Of a DNA stretch of 64,000 nt, positions 25,496 to 33,702 are shown piece by piece. Position numbers and translations under genes: made by a program. The notes beneath the pieces are model-generated. The model ran no database searches. It was not told the origin of the DNA and saw only the letters and a program-made list of their open reading frames with translations. The stretch lies in the NCBI GenBank assembly GCA_026395055.1, contig JAPLZK010000002.1, positions 192,154 through 256,153 on the forward strand, in the 5' to 3' direction. Source of the DNA: Candidatus Uhrbacteria bacterium. Lineage in GTDB: Bacteria; Patescibacteriota; Patescibacteriia; UBA9934; GWF2-40-263. Within the stretch, counting starts at the first letter, position 1. Every line of letters starts with the position of its first letter.

Positions 25496-26863
25496 TTACT
25501 TTGAAACCGCCGTTGCGATTCTGACTTTGATGTTGATCGGAGTTCCTTTGAAGTCGTGGAGTTCACGCAAGCGGTTCTCGATGAATCGGAGATAACTTGG
25601 GTGAAGAGCGTCTGTGCGCTGAGCTTTGAGCGTAAGATCGAACTTCGGTGGTTTTGTAGAGACTTGTTTGAGCCCCATAACCTTTGGTGGATTTTTTCCT
25701 TTTCCAAGAGAAGGAAGGTGAGTGCGAAGGGCTTCGCGCAAGAAGCCGTCGAGTTCTTTCATGTCGAGTTCGATGCTGCGATTGTGACCAACATCATCAA
25801 TCATTTTGAAGATGGTATTTGTGCGTTGCTTTGTTTTTGCACTCACGAACATGACGGGAGCCCATGTAATGAACGGCAATTCTCCCAAGAGATATTTGCG
25901 ATACTCATTCATGGTTCGAACATCTTTGTCGGGCACGAGATCCCATTTGTTTACGATGATGATGACACCCGCTCCAGAGTCTCCCAAAATTCCGGCAAGA
26001 TGTTTTTCCTGTGACCCGATTGGCTCTGTTGCGTCCAAGACGAGAAGGGAGACGTCCGACTGACGGATCACCCATTCGTTTTTATCGACAGCCATTTTTT
26101 CGAGACCGCCAGATTGATTGATTCTTGCGTGTTTGCGCATTCCGGCTGTGTCGTAGATCAAATAGTTTTTGTCACCAATGTGGAGTAGGACATCGTTTGG
26201 TTCGCGTGTTGTGTGCGCGATTGAGCTTGTAATGAATCGGTCTGTCCCAAGAAGGGCGTTCAACAACGTGGACTTTCCTACGTTTGGTTTTCCGATGACG
26301 GCAACACGTGTCGCATTGAGTTCCTTATAATCAACCGGATGCTTTCCAATTTCATTTAATTTTTCGTATACGAGGTCGAGCAGATCTCCGACTCCAGAAC
26401 CTTGCGTAGCCGATACAGCGATTGGGGCAGGGAGTCCGCGGAGTCTCCAGTCTGGTTGGTGCGCTCGTCTGCGTTCAATGGCTTTTTCTGCTTTATTTCC
26501 GACAACGATAATGGGAGTTTTTGTTTTCCAAAGTTTGCTTGCAAGTTCAAGGTCTGAAGGAAGTGGGGGATTTTTTAAATCAACAACGAACAAAATAATG
26601 TCCGCTTCTTTCATGGCAAGTTCAGACTGAAGCAAAATGTTTTTTTCGATTTCGTCACGTTTGTTTACGTCTAATCCTCCGGTGTCTACAACGCGAATGG
26701 TTTTTCCACGCCACAAACACTCGCCATCATTACGATCACGCGTGGTACCAGCGGTTGCAGATACAAGGGCTTTAGATTGTTCAATCATGCGATTGAACAA
26801 AGTGGATTTACCAACGTTTGTGCGACCAATGAGCGCGACGGTTGGAAGATTATTGGAGGTCAT
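25496..26863 (-). CDS. der: GTPase Der (EngA), double GTP-binding domain
   Basis: Two G-domains (GRTNVGKST...DTGG and GKPNVGKSTLLN...DTAG) plus a KH-like C-terminus. Confidence 0.9.
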   Translation of the reverse strand: MTSNNLPTVALIGRTNVGKSTLFNRMIEQSKALVSATAGTTRDRNDGECLWRGKTIRVVDTGGLDVNKRDEIEKNILLQSELAMKEADIILFVVDLKNPPLPSDLELASKLWKTKTPIIVVGNKAEKAIERRRAHQPDWRLRGLPAPIAVSATQGSGVGDLLDLVYEKLNEIGKHPVDYKELNATRVAVIGKPNVGKSTLLNALLGTDRFITSSIAHTTREPNDVLLHIGDKNYLIYDTAGMRKHARINQSGGLEKMAVDKNEWVIRQSDVSLLVLDATEPIGSQEKHLAGILGDSGAGVIIIVNKWDLVPDKDVRTMNEYRKYLLGELPFITWAPVMFVSAKTKQRTNTIFKMIDDVGHNRSIELDMKELDGFLREALRTHLPSLGKGKNPPKVMGLKQVSTKPPKFDLTLKAQRTDALHPSYLRFIENRLRELHDFKGTPINIKVRIATAVSK

Positions 26864-26884
26864 AGGACTTTGCCTTTGTGTGAT

Positions 26885-28501
26885 TTATTTCATCACGACA
26901 TCCCGGGCACTCTGCCCTAGAATGACCAAAAAGTCAACCTTTGACCCTGTTGGAAGGGGTTTTGGTTCGTCTGGGGTAACCGCGACTTGTTCTGGGATAA
27001 CCTGGTCGTTTTTCATCCAGCCAGAGGCGGAGGCGATATCTGCTTGAAAAAAGGTTTTGAGGGCTTGGAGTTCGTCTGCTTTTGCCCCGTTTGTGAGGTC
27101 ATAAATGACCGTATGGGTATAATCGCGGGTAACTGCGTTACCGACCTTGATGACATTGAATTCTTCATGGGTGATTAAAAGTTGGGATGCTCGCACACCA
27201 AGACCGGTGACCGTTGTTCCGTTTTGGATTTCGACACGAACGACAGGGGCTGTAGGTTTTTGTGTGTGGGTTGGGGCTTCTGCAAGTTTTGTTTGTTCCA
27301 CACCCTTTGGTTCTGATGTGTAAATGTACTGTGCCATTTGTTGAAGGGTGGTCCAGTCGTCGTTTTTTGGGAGAAGCACGTAGGCACCATTCAGCATGGT
27401 GGCGTAAAGCGGAGAGTTGGGAGAATCGTCAATAACATGACTGACAACTTCGTCTGATTTCAAATCTTTAAATTCTTTTGCAAGACGCATGAGTTGCGAG
27501 ACAGAAAGATTGGTGGAAATATTTTTTTGGAGTGTGTCAAAAATACCGGTGATGCGAACGGGGTTTAAAAATGTGGACGCGGAAAAGACTTTGTCTTTTA
27601 CCGCGAGCATAATTTTTTGTTGACGATGAGAGCGTGCAAAGTCTGATCCTTCTCCGTTGTTTCCGTGACGTGATCGAACGAAGGCGAGCGCTGTTTTTCC
27701 GTCCATGTGTGTAACGCCTTCTTTGAAGGTGAGAACCTCAAAACGACAGGCGTAGTCTGGGGGCGGAATGGCTGGACCAGAAGATGTATTTAAAAGATCC
27801 GCGGCCGTTGCGTTCATGGAGGCTTTGCTGTTTCCGCATGTGTCATTTTCTTTTCCAATGATTGGATACGCTGCGTCTGTAAACGCATGGTCAACCGTTA
27901 CATCTACGCCACCAACAGTGTCGATGAGTTCTTGAAATCCACCAAAGTCTACACGCATGTAATATTGGACCGGTTGCTTGATGGTGTTTCCAATAAATTG
28001 TGCGGTGACTTCACCACCCGAACCTGTTTTTTCTGCTTCCGCATAAGCGTTTACATGGTTTACTTTTTGGTATCCATGACCCGGAATAGGAACGGTCATG
28101 TCACGTGGTAACGAAAGAAACGCCAATTTTTTTGTGGAGGGGCGATAACTTGCAAACAAGATTGTGTCCGTGAGCTGTGCGCCTTCGTGTCCCGTTCCAC
28201 CAACACCGGTTAAGAGGAAATTCACACGGTCATCGCTTTCGCCATCCAATGCATCGTCTCCGGGAAGAATGAAATTTCTGATGATGGAAAAAAGAGAAAG
28301 TTCTGTTGCTCCACCATGGCCGTCAGAGGTTGCGCGTACGTGAAAAGAAAAAGCTGCACCAGCGATGGCGAGAATTAAAAAAGAGGCAATAAGTGTTTTG
28401 CGGAAAAAAAGAAACGGTTTTTCGTCCGGTTTCACGAGCTCGTATTTTTCTTTGAGAAAATCGATTTTTGGATGGTCCATATCTAGACACGAGTGTACCA
28501 A
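26885..28501 (-). CDS. LytR-CpsA-Psr (LCP) family cell-envelope phosphotransferase, membrane anchored
   Basis: N-terminal TM helix, LCP core (LLTGVGGTGHEGAQLTDTILFAS...LSLPRD...RVDFGGFQELIDTVGGVDV) and a C-terminal LytR_C-like extension. Confidence 0.8.
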   Translation of the reverse strand: MVHSCLDMDHPKIDFLKEKYELVKPDEKPFLFFRKTLIASFLILAIAGAAFSFHVRATSDGHGGATELSLFSIIRNFILPGDDALDGESDDRVNFLLTGVGGTGHEGAQLTDTILFASYRPSTKKLAFLSLPRDMTVPIPGHGYQKVNHVNAYAEAEKTGSGGEVTAQFIGNTIKQPVQYYMRVDFGGFQELIDTVGGVDVTVDHAFTDAAYPIIGKENDTCGNSKASMNATAADLLNTSSGPAIPPPDYACRFEVLTFKEGVTHMDGKTALAFVRSRHGNNGEGSDFARSHRQQKIMLAVKDKVFSASTFLNPVRITGIFDTLQKNISTNLSVSQLMRLAKEFKDLKSDEVVSHVIDDSPNSPLYATMLNGAYVLLPKNDDWTTLQQMAQYIYTSEPKGVEQTKLAEAPTHTQKPTAPVVRVEIQNGTTVTGLGVRASQLLITHEEFNVIKVGNAVTRDYTHTVIYDLTNGAKADELQALKTFFQADIASASGWMKNDQVIPEQVAVTPDEPKPLPTGSKVDFLVILGQSARDVVMK

Positions 28502-28606
28502 TTTTGTGTTCGATATTCAAGGGCTTGAAATGCAACGATTCTTGTGTTAGTGTCTCACAAAATGTATTGCTTTTGCGCAATGTATTTTCGATGGAGGAGG
28601 TGTCTC

Positions 28607-29296
28607 ATGCTCACATTTCCAGAATTGCGTGGTGCGCAGTTTGGTCACATGAATCTTGATTTGCTTGCACAAGAGTATCGACTCTTACAGGATGAGAATC
28701 TTTTTCCGCGTTTAACAAAGCAGGGGGTTACAACAAATCCGCTTCTTGATCCCCAAACGTGTTTGAGAATGGTTCAAGACGCGCATGCACGGCTCGGAAT
28801 CGATCATTCGTACGGCGGATGGTTTGAGGATCGACGTGTTCTTTGGAAGGATAGCTATTTGGAGAAAGGACAGCATTGGATTCACCTTGGGGTGGATTTT
28901 ACGGTTCCGACCGGAACGTCTGTTGCGGCAACATGGAAGGGGACGGTCGAACATGTCGACGATGACACACCAGAACCTGGTGGATGGGGTCCGCGCGTGA
29001 TCGTTCGCCTGAAAGACGCATCAGACATGATTCTGATCTTCGCTCATCTCGGAAAGATCATCTGCAAAAAAGGAGATCGTCTGAAACCGGGAGATGTTTT
29101 TGCTGAGATTGGTGCGCCGCCAAACAATGGGATGTGGTTTCCGCATCTGCATGTGCAAGCGGTCGATCTGCGTCACTACAAGCGCAATTGGAATGCGCTC
29201 GTTCAAGAATTGGACGGGTATGCAAATCCCTTTGAAGCTTCTCGGGCTGCCACGATCTTTCCGGACCCCATGCGCTACGTGCGCTTGTGGAATTAA
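28607..29296 (+). CDS. M23 family peptidase (LytM-like)
   Basis: HLGVDF...G..V.A and PHLHVQ zinc-ligand motifs. AGGAGG-like RBS before the ATG at 28607. Confidence 0.75.
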   Translation: MLTFPELRGAQFGHMNLDLLAQEYRLLQDENLFPRLTKQGVTTNPLLDPQTCLRMVQDAHARLGIDHSYGGWFEDRRVLWKDSYLEKGQHWIHLGVDFTVPTGTSVAATWKGTVEHVDDDTPEPGGWGPRVIVRLKDASDMILIFAHLGKIICKKGDRLKPGDVFAEIGAPPNNGMWFPHLHVQAVDLRHYKRNWNALVQELDGYANPFEASRAATIFPDPMRYVRLWN

Positions 29297-29298
29297 TC

Positions 29299-29330
29299 TG
29301 ATCGATGCACTCTGCGTCGATTTTTTTTGT
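29299..29330 (+). terminator. Rho-independent terminator
   Basis: atcgatgca-ctc-tgcgtcgat (one G-U pair) followed by ttttttttg. Confidence 0.6.
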
Positions 29331-29398
29331 ATCCATCTCATGCGCATTGACGTCATTCGCCGTTTCTTATAGATTACGCTCTTGCTCTTTTACGTGAG

Positions 29399-29749
29399 GT
29401 GTTCATGGAACTCGACGAACTTGAATTTAATCCACGTCTTGTGGACGAGCTCTTTGATCGAAGATCCAATCAAGAAATCACCGATACGTTTGCCGGCATG
29501 GGGCGATCGGTCGACGGTTCCTTTGATCGATCACGGTTTTCAAACACCGCGATCGCGATTGAGCGTTTGATTGGGCATAAAGATTATCGACGCCCGTCTG
29601 TGTCGGATCTTTCTGCGCCATACGGACGGTTTCGCGGTCGACACATTATTGGAACCGGAACACGAGTTCTCGGTGGAGTGTATCTTGGACACAGACCACG
29701 CGAAGCAATCACGTTGAACGCGGTCGTTGCTACAAGGCTTTATCGATGA
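29399..29749 (+). CDS. Hypothetical protein
   Basis: 116-aa ORF; no motif recognised. Confidence 0.35.
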   Translation: MFMELDELEFNPRLVDELFDRRSNQEITDTFAGMGRSVDGSFDRSRFSNTAIAIERLIGHKDYRRPSVSDLSAPYGRFRGRHIIGTGTRVLGGVYLGHRPREAITLNAVVATRLYR

Positions 29750-30239
29750 TCGATTAAGTCTCATGCGTACAAAACTTCTAAACGGTAAGATGCGGTTTGC
29801 AACGAATCGTGAAGGAGTCATGCATGCCTTTGCGATCGATCTCCCTCAAGCCCTCTTTGACTTCACAAAAGAATGTCTGCCTTACAATGAACTTAGTACG
29901 GCCGAGATCTTTCGTCGTACAAAGATGTTGGCTGACTCTGAACTTGCGCTCGATGTTTACCTTGAGGCAAAGACGGGTGTGTGTCGTCACATGGTTCTGT
30001 TTCTCGTCGGTCTGTTCGAGCTCCTTTCAAAATTGGGCTTGACACAAGGTTCCATGTCTGTGTGTCGGTGCTATATTCCGAACCTGTTTAGTCATGCTTG
30101 GGCACGATTTGAGCAAGAAGGAAGCGAGGCGCTCATCTTGGATCCTGCACAAAACTTCATTGGTTCACTCGAAAACGGGGGAGAAATGGGCAAATTCGTT
30201 TATGATCACGAACTTGCTAAATTTCTTTCCGCACAATAA
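29727..30239 (+). CDS. Transglutaminase-like cysteine protease domain protein
   Basis: Putative Cys-His-Asp core (TGVCRHMVLFL ... SHAWARFE ... ILDPAQN). Start uncertain. Confidence 0.5.
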   Translation: MLQGFIDDRLSLMRTKLLNGKMRFATNREGVMHAFAIDLPQALFDFTKECLPYNELSTAEIFRRTKMLADSELALDVYLEAKTGVCRHMVLFLVGLFELLSKLGLTQGSMSVCRCYIPNLFSHAWARFEQEGSEALILDPAQNFIGSLENGGEMGKFVYDHELAKFLSAQ

Positions 30240-30262
30240 GACCTGTCTGCAACGCATCTCAT

Positions 30263-30290
30263 TTGACCCTTGCTCAGGGTCTTTTTTTGT
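30263..30290 (+). terminator. Rho-independent terminator
   Basis: gaccct-tgctc-agggtc followed by tttttttg. Confidence 0.75.
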
Positions 30291-30361
30291 GATATCCTGA
30301 AGAGGATTTACTGTCCTCTAACATATCAAACCAAGGCGGATGCTTTGGACTGCAAACTATT

Positions 30362-30970
30362 ATGTCAAAAACGTTTCAGAAACTAGAACCGTTCCTTCTC
30401 AAAAAATTTGGACCTGTCGGAGCGTCTGTTGCACTGTTTCTTGTTGAGGTCATTCAGATCATCTTGATCTCATGTGCCATCATCATTCCTATCCGTTATT
30501 TTCTCATCCAACCGTTTTACGTGAAGGGTGCGAGCATGGAACCAAACTTCTATGACTCGGAGTACCTTATTATCGACGAGCTCTCGTATCGTATGCGTGC
30601 GCCGGAACGTGGAGAAATCGTCGTGTTCCGTTATCCGCGTGATCCAAGTGAGTTTTTCATTAAGCGTGTTATTGGACTTCCAGGTGAAACGGTAGAAGTA
30701 AGTGGGGGGCACGTCACCATTTATAATACAGATCATCCAAACGGTGTTCTTCTGACAGAGTCGTACTTAACGGACGTCTCGACAGATGGCATGAAAAAGA
30801 CGACGCTCGGCGCAAAAGAATACTGGGTTATGGGAGACAATCGTCCAGAGAGTATGGATTCAAGAAGTTTTGGGCCTGTGACCATTGACCATTTTATTGG
30901 TCGCGTCTGGGTAAGAGGATTACCACTCACGCGCGTGTCTACATTTCCGGAACCAAAATTTAATTTGTAA
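30362..30970 (+). CDS. lepB: Signal peptidase I
   Basis: Catalytic Ser box VKGASMEPNF, Lys box FIKRVIGLPGE, and GDNRPESMDSR. Confidence 0.85.
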   Translation: MSKTFQKLEPFLLKKFGPVGASVALFLVEVIQIILISCAIIIPIRYFLIQPFYVKGASMEPNFYDSEYLIIDELSYRMRAPERGEIVVFRYPRDPSEFFIKRVIGLPGETVEVSGGHVTIYNTDHPNGVLLTESYLTDVSTDGMKKTTLGAKEYWVMGDNRPESMDSRSFGPVTIDHFIGRVWVRGLPLTRVSTFPEPKFNL

Positions 30971-30992
30971 GATGGTACGCTGAATAACATTT

Positions 30993-32423
30993 ATGCCATT
31001 CAATAAAAAGAAAGAAGCCCCAAAGGCCGCTCCTGCTCCCGCTCCAAAGAAAGTGGAGAAAGCGGTTGATGGAGAAGAAAAAGAAAAGAAAGGTGGAGCA
31101 AAAGCACCACCAGAATTGTTACGCGGATTTCGTGACATTTTGCCAGAGGAACAAGGAAAGTGGAACTTTGTTCGTGACTCTGTTCGTAACCTTGCAGAAG
31201 CTTATAGCTTTGATCGCATTGATCTTCCAATCCTTGAGCGCGCAGATTTATTTCAACGCACCGTTGGAAAACAAACAGATATCATTGAAAAAGAAATGTA
31301 CGCCTTCGTAGATCCATCTGATCGCATGGTTGCGCTTAGACCAGAAGCAACGGCTTCTTGTGCACGTGCGTACATCAACCACGGAATGTTAGACCGCCCT
31401 CAACCGGTAAAGCTTTGGTATGAAGGAGCGATGTTCCGTCATGATCGCCCACAAGCGGGACGTTATCGACAGTTCTACCAAGCGGGGTTTGAGGTGTTTG
31501 GAACACATGAGCCAATCATGGACGCACAACTCATTGTGCTTGGATATCAAATCTTTAAAGATCTTGGATTGAACGTAAAAGTTCAAGTGAACTCCATTGG
31601 AACACCAGAATCTCGCCAAGCGTATTTGGCCGAGCTTACAAGTTACTTCCGCCCACATCGCAACAAATTATCTGAAGACGACAAACGCCGTTTGCAAAAA
31701 AGCCCCCTTCGTTTACTTGATAGTAAAGAAGAAGGCATGAAAGAGTTGCTTGCAGAAGCGCCACAAATTCTGGATTGGTTAGATGATGCTTCAAAAGAGC
31801 ACTTCACAAAGGTTCTCGAGTTTCTTGAGGAGATTCAAGTTCCTTACGTCTTGAACCCGCACCTTGTTCGTGGACTCGAGTATTACACGCACACCGTGTT
31901 TGAGTTCGTTCTTGACAATGACGAACCAGAACGTGCGCAAAATGCGCTCGGAGGAGGTGGTCGTTATAATGGACTCGTTGAACTTATCGGTGGCCGTCCA
32001 ACACCAGCGTGTGGATTCGCGATTGGGATGGATCGTGTGGCAAAGGCGCTTGGAGAAATGGGAATCAACCCACCACAACGTCCTGACCCACAAGTCTTCT
32101 TTGCACAACTCGGAGACGCTGCGCGACGTGTTGGTCTTAAGTTGTATGAAGATTTCCGCATGGCGCAAATTCCCGTTGCGGAGGCATTTGGAAAGAATGC
32201 GCTGAAAGCGCAACTTGAAGCAGCAAATAAACTTGCGGTACAGTACACAATCATCCTTGGACAAAAAGAAGTTTTGGACGGAACCATCATTATTCGTGAT
32301 ATGGAATCCGGTGCCCAAGAAATTGTGGACATCAACAAAATTGTCGCGGTTGTAAAAAAGAAATTGAGTTCTGAAAAAGAAGCACGTGTGGTTGTTCATC
32401 AATCACCGGTTGCGCGAGAATAG
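30993..32423 (+). CDS. hisS: Histidyl-tRNA synthetase with a ~40-aa Lys/Ala/Pro-rich N-terminal extension
   Basis: Class IIa motifs (GFRDILPEE, MFRHDRPQAGRYRQFYQ, GGGRYNGL) plus a C-terminal anticodon-binding domain. Extension is MPFNKKKEAPKAAPAPAPKKVEKAVDGEEKEKKGGAKAPP. Confidence 0.9.
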   Translation: MPFNKKKEAPKAAPAPAPKKVEKAVDGEEKEKKGGAKAPPELLRGFRDILPEEQGKWNFVRDSVRNLAEAYSFDRIDLPILERADLFQRTVGKQTDIIEKEMYAFVDPSDRMVALRPEATASCARAYINHGMLDRPQPVKLWYEGAMFRHDRPQAGRYRQFYQAGFEVFGTHEPIMDAQLIVLGYQIFKDLGLNVKVQVNSIGTPESRQAYLAELTSYFRPHRNKLSEDDKRRLQKSPLRLLDSKEEGMKELLAEAPQILDWLDDASKEHFTKVLEFLEEIQVPYVLNPHLVRGLEYYTHTVFEFVLDNDEPERAQNALGGGGRYNGLVELIGGRPTPACGFAIGMDRVAKALGEMGINPPQRPDPQVFFAQLGDAARRVGLKLYEDFRMAQIPVAEAFGKNALKAQLEAANKLAVQYTIILGQKEVLDGTIIIRDMESGAQEIVDINKIVAVVKKKLSSEKEARVVVHQSPVARE

Positions 32424-32454
32424 GAAGGATCAGCTTTGTGCTTGTTTCTCAATA

Positions 32455-32492
32455 AGCCACAAAACCCACCGTTAATTTGGTGGGTTTTGTGT
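32455..32492 (+). terminator. Rho-independent terminator after hisS
   Basis: aaaacccacc-gttaatt-tggtgggtttt followed by gtgtatc. Confidence 0.7.
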
Positions 32493-32565
32493 ATCTTGAC
32501 TCTTTTCCCATATTCCTGCATAATCTCACCATTATTCGTAAACACTGAAAGGGTGTGAAAAATTT

Positions 32566-32808
32566 GTGGTAGATGTTAAACGTCGCAAAGGTGAAAGTTT
32601 CGAAAGTTTGCTCCGTCGCTACTCTCGCCGTCTCCAACAGTCTGGAAACGCGCTTGAAGCACGTAAACTCCGTTACTACGCGCCGAGCCCAACCAAAAAC
32701 AAGCAAAAAGTTAGTGCGATCCGTCGTCTTGAAATTCGCGATAAGCGTGATTACTTGGCTCGTATCGGACAACTCGTTGACGAACCTCGCACGCAAAAGC
32801 GTCGATAG
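32566..32808 (+). CDS. rpsU: 30S ribosomal protein S21 (GTG start)
   Basis: Basic 80-aa protein VDVKRRKGESFESLLRRYSRRLQQSG...RRLEIRDKRDY resembling S21. Confidence 0.75.
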   Translation: MVDVKRRKGESFESLLRRYSRRLQQSGNALEARKLRYYAPSPTKNKQKVSAIRRLEIRDKRDYLARIGQLVDEPRTQKRR

Positions 32809-32863
32809 TGTAAAATGAGGAGTGGATTTATCCATTCCTCTTTTTCGTTTATAATCATTGTAT

Positions 32864-33631
32864 ATGACACTCCTTGAACAAATCGGCTCCGACGTGAAAG
32901 ATGCTATGCGCGCAAAAGAAGAATCTACGCTCTCAACGCTTCGCATGCTTAAGTCTGCGCTTAAAAATAAAGAGATCGATCTTATTCGTCCACTTACAGA
33001 GGTGGAGGTTTTAGATGTGATTAAATCACAGGCAAAACAATTGAAGGAGGCCATTGATCAATTCGAAGCAGGAGGTCGATCAGACCTGGCGGAATCAAAC
33101 AAGATTGAACTTGAGGTGCTGAAAAAATATATGCCAGCCGAATTGTCGGATGCGGATCTTGAGGCTGTTGTGAAAGACACACTCGCACAATCAGGTGTAA
33201 GCTCGAAAGCGGACATGGGGAAGGCGATGGGCTTTGTCATGAAAGCAGTTGCGGGGCGTGCAGACGGAACACGTGTGAAATCTCTTGTTGAAAAAATGCT
33301 GAGCATGTTTATCTTTGCCGTCCTTGTAAATACCATGGTCGTTTCTTCTGCACATGCAGAAATCGGTACGGTAACGCTTCCCGAATTTGGAACGTATTCG
33401 TACTTGCCTTACCTAGAAATGGGAATTCGTCTTGTGCGTGTCATGTTTTTGTTCGCTGGCTTATTTTCCATTATGGAAATTTTGCGTGGGGGAGTGGAAA
33501 TGACCGTTGGTTCTGTACGTGATGCTGTAAGAGACAAAGCAGAGCATAAAATTATTACAGGATTCATGAATATAGGAGTTGTTGTCGCACTCTTTTGTGT
33601 AACGACTGTTGTGCTTAAACAGTTGGGCTAG
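32864..33631 (+). CDS. yqeY: GatB/YqeY-domain protein read in-frame into a C-terminal pilin-like module (possible fusion or internal start at 33296/33305)
   Basis: Residues 1-147 are a complete YqeY domain. Then comes a signal-peptide-like MFIFAVLVNTMVVSSAHA and a two-helix module GIRLVRVMFLFAGLFSIMEILRGG...HKIITGFMNIGVVVALFCVTTVVL homologous to the N-termini of the next two genes. A TATAAT box sits 10 nt upstream of the ATG. Confidence 0.6.
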   Translation: MTLLEQIGSDVKDAMRAKEESTLSTLRMLKSALKNKEIDLIRPLTEVEVLDVIKSQAKQLKEAIDQFEAGGRSDLAESNKIELEVLKKYMPAELSDADLEAVVKDTLAQSGVSSKADMGKAMGFVMKAVAGRADGTRVKSLVEKMLSMFIFAVLVNTMVVSSAHAEIGTVTLPEFGTYSYLPYLEMGIRLVRVMFLFAGLFSIMEILRGGVEMTVGSVRDAVRDKAEHKIITGFMNIGVVVALFCVTTVVLKQLG

Positions 33632-33655
33632 ACTATCCACATCTTTTCTATTCGA

Positions 33656-33700
33656 TTGATCAAAAATACGATACAATGTTTGTGTCGTATTTTTGATATC
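33656..33700 (+). promoter_or_regulatory. Inverted repeat (TTGATCAAAAATACGA / TCGTATTTTTGATATC) whose loop contains TACAAT, immediately upstream of the surface-protein operon
   Basis: 14-16 bp arms around a 13-nt loop, 3 nt before the ATG at 33703. Operator-like geometry overlapping a -10-like hexamer. Confidence 0.45.
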
Positions 33701-33702
33701 AC

